Below the pieces are notes generated by a model. That model was not told where the DNA came from and did not search any database. It worked only from the letters and a program-made list of their open reading frames with translations. From NCBI GenBank assembly GCA_016191325.1, contig JACPOV010000008.1, positions 910,351 through 974,350 of the forward strand: 64,000 nt of DNA, read 5' to 3'. The stretch is from Candidatus Babelota bacterium. GTDB taxonomy: Bacteria > Babelota > Babeliae > Babelales > JACPOV01. Below are positions 39,775 to 47,368 of the stretch, one piece after another. A program made the translations under genes and the position numbers. The stretch's first letter is position 1; each line of letters starts with the position of its first letter.

Positions 39775-40794
39775 ATGATGGTTCTCTACTCTTTGTTACT
39801 TCTTTTTGGTTCCTATGCCCATTGCATGGAACAAAACAAATCGTTCACAATTCAAGAAACCCGCCAAGTTATTCTGAAGGATCCCGTATCGTTCATACAA
39901 GAAATAAGAAATCATCAGAAAAAAATGATGGGCGAAATAAAAACAAAAAATCTTGATACCGTAAACAACTGGCCCGCAAGCATCGAAATTATAAAAAAAT
40001 ATCAAGCAATCATGCCCCTTGTTCAACTTGGCGAATGCCCAGGAATCTCAGGAAGAGATTGTCCGCTTGATCGAATGCTCTTTCCCGAGTTACGAGATGC
40101 ATACGAGAAAGAGGTTTCAAAAGAATTGGCGGCGCAATTGCAAACACAGAAAGAAGTGCACCTTGCAAGTTTTGGTTCGGGTGATCTTTCACAAGACCTC
40201 ATTGTGTACACAAAAGCACTTGCTAAAGTGACCGATAACCCAAAACTCACCATTCATAACATTGATCTAGTTTATAAGTTTAACACGCCTTATTCGGATC
40301 TGATTGGAAAAAAGCGTCTAATTGAACACGAAGACTTTACAGAAAATTTTGCGATCGAGTTCATTTCAAAATCGTTACAAACTAAGTCTAAGCAGCCTCT
40401 ATCAAAAGAAACAGCACGAAATATTATTCTATCCGGCTTGCATTACACGTCATTAAAGAATAACAGCATGCTTGATTTTCTTAAAAATGCATTTCCCAAA
40501 GCAGCGATCTCGTTATATGTCCACCAATCGGCAGATAGTTATTTGCAATATATGAAGCGTGAAAAGCTAAGCCCGCCCACTATTGTTACTGCTTGCGATA
40601 TCGATAACGTGGAAGACTTCAAGTCCGGCAGCACCATTGCTTATGCTGATATCTCTAAAAAAGCATTTGAAAATCCTAACGCGGCCACTTTTTTATTGGC
40701 CCGCGAAGATCCATCGTCGACACAGGCGCAATTGCTCGTTATGAAAAAAAAGAATGACCAAACTCCTATTGCGCTCATATCTCTTTTTTCATAA
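39775..40794 (+). CDS. Leader-bearing protein, tandem paralog P1 (possible Rossmann/methyltransferase-like core)
   Basis: MMVLYSLLLLFGSYAHC|MEQNKS. Conserved with P3: EC-x7-CPL-x-R, VHLASFGSGDLSQDLIVYTKAL...LTIHNIDL, FLKNAFPKAAISLYVH, TACDID. Function not established. Confidence 0.7.
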   Translation: MMVLYSLLLLFGSYAHCMEQNKSFTIQETRQVILKDPVSFIQEIRNHQKKMMGEIKTKNLDTVNNWPASIEIIKKYQAIMPLVQLGECPGISGRDCPLDRMLFPELRDAYEKEVSKELAAQLQTQKEVHLASFGSGDLSQDLIVYTKALAKVTDNPKLTIHNIDLVYKFNTPYSDLIGKKRLIEHEDFTENFAIEFISKSLQTKSKQPLSKETARNIILSGLHYTSLKNNSMLDFLKNAFPKAAISLYVHQSADSYLQYMKREKLSPPTIVTACDIDNVEDFKSGSTIAYADISKKAFENPNAATFLLAREDPSSTQAQLLVMKKKNDQTPIALISLFS

Positions 40795-40834
40795 TAAATA
40801 ACTATATTCTCAGAGTTGATCTGAAAGCAAACGC

Positions 40835-41878
40835 ATGAATTATTTATCGGCTATAATTTTATTTTTTTCAATTTTTAATGTTCCTCTTTCCTGCATGGAA
40901 AAAAAAACGCAATCAACAACAACAAAAAAATCTGCAGATTTTGAGAACTTAAAAAAAACAATTCTCTTAAAGCCAGTAGATCTATTGCAAGCTAATATGT
41001 TGTCTCAGGCTGCATTTGAAATTCAAGAACAAAAACTAGATGATGATGTTCCCAGAGAGGGGCTTGTAGCGCAAATAGAAAAAACAGTTCCATTTTTTTT
41101 TATTAATGAATGTGGTAGACACAGCAGTGAAGATTGTCTTTTAAGTCGTTTTAAAAATCCTAAACTCAGACAAAAATATGCTGAAATCGTTAGTGCTGCT
41201 CTTATTGAAAAGATTAACCGCACAGAAGAAACGGTTAAATATACTACAGTAAGCACACCGCTTTTTTCAGACTTGGAGATTTTAACGCGAACTCTTGATA
41301 AAAAAAGCAATGCCAAAATAGCGATTGATGTTGTTGATATCTTTCACGGCATTTTCGATTTATTTTGCACTGTTCAAAGCAAAGATCATTCTCTCGATAA
41401 TCTAATGGAAAAAACAATAGGACAAGAAGAGCTTGGCAAGATGCAAGAACTTGTTTCTACTCCTTGTTCAAGTGAAGTTAAAAAAGAACGGTTGGTTGAA
41501 AGCTTTTCTGTTGGAAAAACACGCAATAATCAATTACTCAATGGTTTGAGAAAGATGTTTCCAAAGGCCGATTTGACATTGTCCGTTTATAATTGTGTTG
41601 ATCATTATTTAAACCATGCAGCTGATGATGACTTCCTTGTTCCCGATATTGTCTGCGGGGACGATATTGAACACGAATTTGACCTGTCGGATAAAAATTT
41701 TGCATCGAAAGCCTTCCATGAACTCTCGATTGCTGCCCTTGTTGCCAATCCAACTGCTAAATCAATCCTCTTGAGCAAAAAATGCGAGGGCATTATTCAA
41801 ACGATAACTCGCAAGCCTACTACAACCTTCTATTATGAAGTTCAATACATAAAACCGTCAGTTGTAAAATTGAAATAA
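40835..41878 (+). CDS. Leader-bearing protein, tandem paralog P2 (divergent; Gly motif lost)
   Basis: MNYLSAIILFFSIFNVPLSC|MEKKTQ. Retains EC-x7-C-LL-SR, KMFPKADLTLSVY and CGDDIE, but has YTTVSTPLFSDLEIL in place of ASFGxG. Confidence 0.65.
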   Translation: MNYLSAIILFFSIFNVPLSCMEKKTQSTTTKKSADFENLKKTILLKPVDLLQANMLSQAAFEIQEQKLDDDVPREGLVAQIEKTVPFFFINECGRHSSEDCLLSRFKNPKLRQKYAEIVSAALIEKINRTEETVKYTTVSTPLFSDLEILTRTLDKKSNAKIAIDVVDIFHGIFDLFCTVQSKDHSLDNLMEKTIGQEELGKMQELVSTPCSSEVKKERLVESFSVGKTRNNQLLNGLRKMFPKADLTLSVYNCVDHYLNHAADDDFLVPDIVCGDDIEHEFDLSDKNFASKAFHELSIAALVANPTAKSILLSKKCEGIIQTITRKPTTTFYYEVQYIKPSVVKLK

Positions 41879-41994
41879 AAGTGTTCAGCCAAGCGCTCCT
41901 AAGTAATCACAATGCCAAGCAGTTCGATATTGATAGAAATCTGCAAATTTAAAAATTGAAAAAAAAGAATACCCATTAATATAGTTAGGATCTA

Positions 41995-43029
41995 ATGTTT
42001 AATCTTCTTTGCCTGTTCTTCATTGTTCCCTTTTACGTTATTGGAATGGATGAGCTGCCTTCAATTGAAACAACAAAAAACCAGATAATGAGTAACGAAT
42101 ATTTAAAAAATCATGAAATTATACGAAAAAAAGTTTTTCAAGAAATAGATGATCTTGGATTGACCAAAGAAGAAAAGTATACAGAGCGCATAGCCCTTCT
42201 GGAAAAGTACAAAAAAAAACATCCGCTCATAGCGCTATCGGAATGTGCATCCTCTCAAATGGGGGTTTGTCCATTGAGCAGAGCCATACATCCCAACTAT
42301 CGAGATACATATGAAAATACAGTTTCTCAAGAACTTGCACGACAATTAAAAAACCAAAAAACAATATCCATTGCAAGCTTTGGGTGCGGGCAACTTCTTT
42401 CTGATGCCATTATCTATACCAAAGCCCTTGAAACAACTAAGTCAGCAGAGCTCATCATTCATCAGATTGATCACCAATTAATTATTCCTCAATTATATTT
42501 GAATAAAACAGAAGAGAATCGACGCGTCAAAAGACAAACATTTTCATCAGAAGAAACCTTAAGTTCTATTCAAAAAACCTTAGAATCAACTAAAAACGAA
42601 TTTAGCGAAAACTCTGAAGAAAAAGCTTTGGCATCAGACAGCCTGGCTCTAAAAAATACAATACTGGACGAATTACATACTCAATCATTTCTGCATAATA
42701 GTCTATTAGATTACCTGCAAGAAGCATTCCCTCAAACTACTATTTCCATGTACGTTCACGGAACCGCACAAGATTATTTGCAAGATATAGAAAATAAAAA
42801 ATTCCCAAAACCGAATATGGCAATAGCGGCAGATATCGACGATGGATATGGAATGGAAAGAAATAGCGTGGCAGACTATTATTTAGTCAGATCAAAAGCT
42901 TTAGAAAATGATAATTCAGCAGCATATATTCTTGCACGATCTACAGAAAATCCAGATACCCAAGCGCAAATCAGATGTATAAAGATGGAAAATGGACAAC
43001 GAATTGAAGCATCTATGAAGAAATTATAG
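41995..43029 (+). CDS. Leader-bearing protein, tandem paralog P3
   Basis: MFNLLCLFFIVPFYVIG|MDELPS. ECASSQMGVCPLSR, ISIASFGCGQLLSDAIIYTKAL...LIIHQIDH, YLQEAFPQTTISMYVH, AADIDD. Confidence 0.7.
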   Translation: MFNLLCLFFIVPFYVIGMDELPSIETTKNQIMSNEYLKNHEIIRKKVFQEIDDLGLTKEEKYTERIALLEKYKKKHPLIALSECASSQMGVCPLSRAIHPNYRDTYENTVSQELARQLKNQKTISIASFGCGQLLSDAIIYTKALETTKSAELIIHQIDHQLIIPQLYLNKTEENRRVKRQTFSSEETLSSIQKTLESTKNEFSENSEEKALASDSLALKNTILDELHTQSFLHNSLLDYLQEAFPQTTISMYVHGTAQDYLQDIENKKFPKPNMAIAADIDDGYGMERNSVADYYLVRSKALENDNSAAYILARSTENPDTQAQIRCIKMENGQRIEASMKKL

Positions 43030-43053
43030 CAATCACCGATGAATTTTAGTTTT

Positions 43054-43082
43054 TTGACAAAATGAAGAAATTTTGTTACTAT
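43054..43082 (+). promoter_or_regulatory. Sigma70-like promoter candidate for ssrA
   Basis: TTGACA (43054-43059), 17 nt spacer, TACTAT (43077-43082), 28 nt upstream of the mature tmRNA 5' end. The hexamers match those upstream of tRNA-fMet. Confidence 0.55.
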
Positions 43083-43110
43083 TTGAATAGATGGATTCTT
43101 TGAAATTTTT

Positions 43111-43491
43111 GGGGGCGTACTGGCTTCGACGTTCTATAAACATCGTAGAAAGCATGCCGAGTTTGACTGAGACTCGTACAAAATTGGTCAAAAACAGAAA
43201 TGCAAACGCATCTCAACCGAATCCTAACGCTTACAACGCAGGTTTTGCCCTCGCTTAATCGTTAAGAGACACTTGTCAGTAAGGCGTGTCTATCAGTTGA
43301 ACTGACACGTATTAATCAGATAGAACTGATGCGGTAGATTTTTCAGTTGCGTAGCGTATCAGTATCACGAAACTGGCTCATGCGCATTCCTGTGTTTTCG
43401 AGGGGCGTATGAGTATATTCGAAAAATAAGCATGTAGCGTTTTACGTTTTTTATTTTGCGGACATGGGTTCGATTCCCATCGCCTCCACCA
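43111..43491 (+). ncRNA. ssrA: tmRNA (SsrA), one-piece
   Basis: The 5' GGGGGCGTACTGGCTTCGACG pairs with the 3' ...GGACATGGGTTCGATTCCCATCGCCTCCACCA (T-arm plus acceptor, G3:U70 alanine identity pair, CCA encoded). The tag ORF 43202-43258 (GCA AAC GCA ... GCC CTC GCT TAA) encodes ANASQPNPNAYNAGFALA. Confidence 0.9.
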
Positions 43492-43790
43492 GTCTTCGCT
43501 TATCCGGGCCTTCCGGCTCGACAAGCTACGCCTGGCTTCGCCATCTTTTCTAAGGACGGATACACAGTTAAATAGCGAAGACTGCCCGGCATAGCCTTTA
43601 GGCGACGCCTGGGCTGATCCAATCAAAAGAATCCTTATTTTCGCTTATCCGAGGCATTCCGGCTCGGTAAACTACGTATGGCAGGCCAGTTTTTTTTAAC
43701 GGATCAAAATAAATATCGCGAGCCAATTGAGGCGAAGTATGCCCTTCGTAGCTCGCCAACGAGCGAAGTAGGGCGAGTCTATTAAATCCA
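43492..43790. repeat. Repeat-rich region immediately 3' of ssrA
   Basis: Direct repeat TTCGCTTATCCGGGCCTTCCGGCTCGACAAGCTACGCCTGGC (from 43495) versus TTCGCTTATCCGAGGCATTCCGGCTCGGTAAACTACGTATGGC (from 43640). Inverted partial match ATAGCGAAGAC at 43572-43582. Hairpin-like GCCCTTCGTAGCTCGCCAACGAGCGAAGTAGGGCGAG (43741-43777) shares CCCTTCG and AGGGCGAG with the repeat family at 16.5, 26.7 and 28.5 kb. Confidence 0.6.
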
Positions 43791-43878
43791 TACTATTGCC
43801 TTCACGGACACATCACAAATAATTGATCTAGAAACCATAAGCTCTTATACTTTCCTTAATTATTTTTAAGGGAGAGCA

Positions 43879-44301
43879 ATGAAGTTATTTTTCACATTCA
43901 TTACATTTTCAATTACCTGCACTCTTTGCTCTATGAATATGAGCAGTAAACCTAAACCTATGCAAATTGATACGTATGTTTCGTTACATACCGGCGAAAC
44001 CGTTTTTACGGAGACGTTCAAAAACTTTTGGGGTAACATTCTGCGCGTTGCTCGAAGTGGAGATTATTCTCAAGATCTGCATGTTTCGCTTTTGGCTCTT
44101 TGCAAAGAAGGCACAGCGCTACCAGACCACCATAAAAAAATATTGGAAAAACACAGTCTTCCTACCAGCAGCGAGGAATTCGATGTGCATAAACGTTCTA
44201 TCATCATTGCAGCCCATGCAAATTGTAAGTTGATCATCAATCCATCAGATCCTAAAGATCTAACCGGCCAATTCATACTAAAACCCGAGAATATCCCCTA
44301 A
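43879..44301 (+). CDS. Small leader-bearing protein (leader ...S-M-N); intact paralog of 46393..46815
   Basis: MKLFFTFITFSITCTLCS|MNMSSKP. AGGGAGAG lies upstream. VSLHTGETVFTETFKNFW...SQDLHVSLLALC...INPSDPKDLTG aligns with the interrupted ORF at 46.4 kb. Confidence 0.65.
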   Translation: MKLFFTFITFSITCTLCSMNMSSKPKPMQIDTYVSLHTGETVFTETFKNFWGNILRVARSGDYSQDLHVSLLALCKEGTALPDHHKKILEKHSLPTSSEEFDVHKRSIIIAAHANCKLIINPSDPKDLTGQFILKPENIP

Positions 44302-44436
44302 GAAGCGCCTGCTATATAATTTGGCCAGACCCTTTTTTCAATCATCTCATTTTGTGCTAGCTTAATTAATAAGGGTTCGTTTTCATGCATTATTTGGAGT
44401 TTTTCTCTAAAAAAAGCAAAAACCGGAGGTATTACT

Positions 44437-45729
44437 ATGAACCGACTATTTTTAAAAATAGCATGGCCTATTGCTTCGATTGCCCACTTAGCAAGCGCAG
44501 CTCCTTCATTTGAATCACTAGCGCTTCTGGAGCGTCAAATTTCGGTATTGCCGGAAAAGACCTTCCGCTTCATGCCAACCTTTCTTAGCTTAGATCAGTT
44601 GCGAGCGACAATAGCCACTTATCGGGCACAACGAGTAATCGAACAACGCAACGCTCCATGGATAGACGCGCGTTCTTCAAATGGTCTTTTTGCGCAAAAG
44701 TTAATCGTACCGCAAGACAGCAAAATTCTTTTTTTTGGTGATATTCATGGATCAGTCCATTCGATCGTACGAATGTTTAATTCTTGCATAAAACAAGGAA
44801 TCGTGAACGATCAACTCGCGATTACACAACCAAATACTTACTTTGTTTTTCTGGGAGACTATGTCGATCGCGGTTTTTACAGCATAGAAACGCTCAATAC
44901 TCTTTTACAATTTGCAATACGAAATCCTGGCAAAGTGATTTTACTGCGCGGCAACCATGAAGATGAAATGATGAACCGTTCATTCGGGTTTGGCCAAGAA
45001 CTTACTACAAAGTTTCCGGAAATTGCCGCAGCCGACAATTCACTAATCTATAAATTATTTGATTTGATGCCCTCTGTGCTCTATTTAGGCGCAGGAATAA
45101 ATAATAATTTTGATATTATTCAATGTTGCCACGGGGGTATTGAAATTGGATTCAATCCTCAAAAATTACTAGAGCATTCATCACACAAAACTTTTCAAGC
45201 AATTGATCGAATCGAGAGAGCAAGCGCCATTCGCGCATTGCCGCAAGCGTTAAAAAAACCAATTCTCGATACGATTCCCGCGCAAGAAATATGCGGCTGT
45301 TCGCTCTCAGCTCCAACTTCGCCTACGCATCTTGGATTTTTATGGAACGATTTTATTGAAAAAGATACGCTGTATACATCATCTGCAATTGGCTATAAAG
45401 AAGATCGCGGTTGGGTGCTTGGTAAAATTCTAACCAAACATTTTCTAAGTATGCACAGCGCCGCAAATGCTCACATTCGCACAATTTTTCGCGCGCATCA
45501 GCACCATGGATCAATGCTTGAAATGATGAAAGAAAATCAGGGAATTGTTCCACTCTGGAACGGATTGGTTTATACCTTTGTTTCATCCCCTGTTAACGGA
45601 ATGAATATTCACTTCGACTCGTATGGGATTTTAAGCGTTGGTAAATCGTTTGACGAGTGGAAAATGAAGCACTGCATTATTACAAAAAATGGCATCGATT
45701 ACAAAGAGATGCCAAAACTCATCAACTAA
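44437..45729 (+). CDS. Secreted PPP-family (eukaryote-type) Ser/Thr protein phosphatase
   Basis: Leader MNRLFLKIAWPIASIAHLASA. PPP motifs in order: FFGDIHGS (GDxHG), LGDYVDRG (GDxVDRG), LRGNHED (GNHE), CCHGG (HGG), FRAHQH (RAHQ). Confidence 0.85.
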   Translation: MNRLFLKIAWPIASIAHLASAAPSFESLALLERQISVLPEKTFRFMPTFLSLDQLRATIATYRAQRVIEQRNAPWIDARSSNGLFAQKLIVPQDSKILFFGDIHGSVHSIVRMFNSCIKQGIVNDQLAITQPNTYFVFLGDYVDRGFYSIETLNTLLQFAIRNPGKVILLRGNHEDEMMNRSFGFGQELTTKFPEIAAADNSLIYKLFDLMPSVLYLGAGINNNFDIIQCCHGGIEIGFNPQKLLEHSSHKTFQAIDRIERASAIRALPQALKKPILDTIPAQEICGCSLSAPTSPTHLGFLWNDFIEKDTLYTSSAIGYKEDRGWVLGKILTKHFLSMHSAANAHIRTIFRAHQHHGSMLEMMKENQGIVPLWNGLVYTFVSSPVNGMNIHFDSYGILSVGKSFDEWKMKHCIITKNGIDYKEMPKLIN

Positions 45730-45760
45730 TTAAACGGTACACAGTTCTTAGGGGGACTTT

Positions 45761-46213
45761 ATGAATTATAAACTATTGTTTATGACACCTCTTTTCTATC
45801 CGCTTATAAATTGCATGGATCAGCAAAAACTTACGGAGCGACAACAAGGTATTAATGCCTATCAGTCGGTGCAACCAGCTGTTGCAAAACTCATGAAGCA
45901 TCCAAAAAATGATCCATGGCCTTTGATAACTCTAAACCATATCATCAACGGCAACAGGAAACAGGATCTCGACGGTCAATATAAAGAAAACGGTAAAGAA
46001 TATGAACAGGGCATTGGGATAGATGGCTTAAAGAATATCAAAGTTCTTGAAGAATACGGATTTCCCAAAAAAGCTCCCGAATATACCCCTTTAGTCAAAG
46101 AGGCAATAAATTTTGCAATCAACACCTCTAAATTGGGCGCAGAACTCAAAGCAGAAAAAACAGTAACGGAATTAGATGTTATTCGTGCACAATTGGTATC
46201 AAAAAAGAAATAG
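45761..46213 (+). CDS. Small leader-bearing protein (leader ...C-M-D)
   Basis: MNYKLLFMTPLFYPLINC|MDQQKL. AGGGGGA lies upstream. 150 aa. Confidence 0.65.
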   Translation: MNYKLLFMTPLFYPLINCMDQQKLTERQQGINAYQSVQPAVAKLMKHPKNDPWPLITLNHIINGNRKQDLDGQYKENGKEYEQGIGIDGLKNIKVLEEYGFPKKAPEYTPLVKEAINFAINTSKLGAELKAEKTVTELDVIRAQLVSKKK

Positions 46214-46392
46214 CTTTTCCCCTTTCACTACACAGCGTGATACACTTTCCCACTGAATTATTAACAAGTTCGGATCTATAGTTAACGAGGCTGTTTTTTA
46301 TTTAATAGAAAACAGCCTCCATTAATTGAACGCTTCTCCAATTATGATTATACTTTGCTGCAATAAGCTCTATATAATTAAAGGAGAAATGA

Positions 46393-46815
46393 ATGAAATA
46401 TATTTTTGCAGCAATAGCATTTTTTCCTACCTTAATTCATTCTATGGATAATCGAACGGTTGTTTTACATACAGGACAAGCTGTATCCCAAGAAAAATTC
46501 GATGAGTGATGGCCAAAGTTCAAAAAATTGCTCACCAGTAATACGTTGCAAAGTGACCTTCCCTATTGCTTGTATTCTCTCTGCCATGGACAAGAATTAT
46601 TGTTCAAGGATAGGAAACAACAAGTTGGCGATGCCGGCTTTCCTACCCATCCATCACAAATAGATGAAGACACAAAAAAAATTATTCTTGCTACTAATGC
46701 ATTATCACTTTCTCCTCAAAAAAGAATAGAATTGGAAAGAGAGAAAGATTTTACATTTGACTTCATTAACCCAATCGATCCAACAGAAGGATACTGCGAA
46801 TCTACTTGGGATTAA
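46393..46815 (+). pseudogene. Leader-bearing paralog of 43879..44301 interrupted by one in-frame TGA (46507-46509)
   Basis: Manual translation from ATG 46393 (AAGGAGA upstream): MKYIFAAIAFFPTLIHS|MDNRTVVLHTGQAVSQEKFDE*WPKFKKLLTSNTLQSDLPYCLYSLCHGQ...INPIDPTEGYCESTWD. Both halves are in the same frame and total 141 codons including the internal TGA, versus 140 in the intact paralog. The ORF track shows only the 3' part (46528..46815). Confidence 0.65.
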
Positions 46816-46847
46816 TAGCGCTCAATCAATTATTGCAAAGGAATAGG

Positions 46848-47258
46848 ATGCGTATACTATTATGCCTTTCATTTATTAGTTGCCAATCGATTTTATCGAT
46901 GGATCACGAGAGCATTTGGAAAAAAATTGCACAACTCGAGCATCAAAAGAATAAAAGTGGTTTATCTCGAACACTTGCGGGGTTAGCGCAAGATGAAAAA
47001 ATGGATGCACAAGATAAAAATAACCTCCCACAATTAGAACAACTTGGGCTGTTAGAAAATGGCCAGCTGTCTACGCAAATAAAAGATTACGTAAGTAAGT
47101 CATACCAAATGAATTTCATCACGATGGCATTGGAATTTGTAAAATTAAACGATACCAAGCAACGATTTGAAGTTTTTATTCCTGAAACCGGAATGGAAGT
47201 TTTAGCTAATGATATGATTGCAGATGAAGCAGTCCAAAACGCCAATCCGCATAAATAG
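46848..47258 (+). CDS. Small leader-bearing protein (leader ...S-M-D)
   Basis: The ATG at 46848 follows AAGGAA and gives MRILLCLSFISCQSILS|MDHES (the track ORF starts earlier, at 46806). Confidence 0.6.
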   Translation: MRILLCLSFISCQSILSMDHESIWKKIAQLEHQKNKSGLSRTLAGLAQDEKMDAQDKNNLPQLEQLGLLENGQLSTQIKDYVSKSYQMNFITMALEFVKLNDTKQRFEVFIPETGMEVLANDMIADEAVQNANPHK

Positions 47259-47368
47259 CAATCTTAAACAAAGCAAGATTGAAAACAGTTCATTCGTATT
47301 TTGTTTTTTAGAAGCTTCTTGACCATTTTTTAAATAACGTTTCATACTTGCAGAAAAGGAATGCTTTT

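Noticed and set aside
43378-43626. 82-aa minus-strand ORF
   Set aside because: It overlaps the 3' domain of the tmRNA and the downstream repeat tract, so it is an artefact of structured or repeat DNA.
43495-43685. Possible CRISPR-like array after ssrA
   Set aside because: There are only two imperfect direct copies with irregular spacing, plus inverted fragments. There are no cas genes and no regular repeat-spacer periodicity.
46287-46319. Hairpin GAGGCTGTTTT...AAAACAGCCTC after 45761..46213 as an intrinsic terminator
   Set aside because: The 11-bp stem is clear, but there is no U-tract after it on the plus strand. It is left uncalled and may still act as an RNA-stability element.
46507-46509. 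Genome-wide TGA reassignment (code 4 or code 25) as an explanation for the in-frame TGA
   Set aside because: TGA terminates well-conserved genes at their expected ends in this window (comM at 8195-8197, lon at 16463-16465). The standard code is the better fit.
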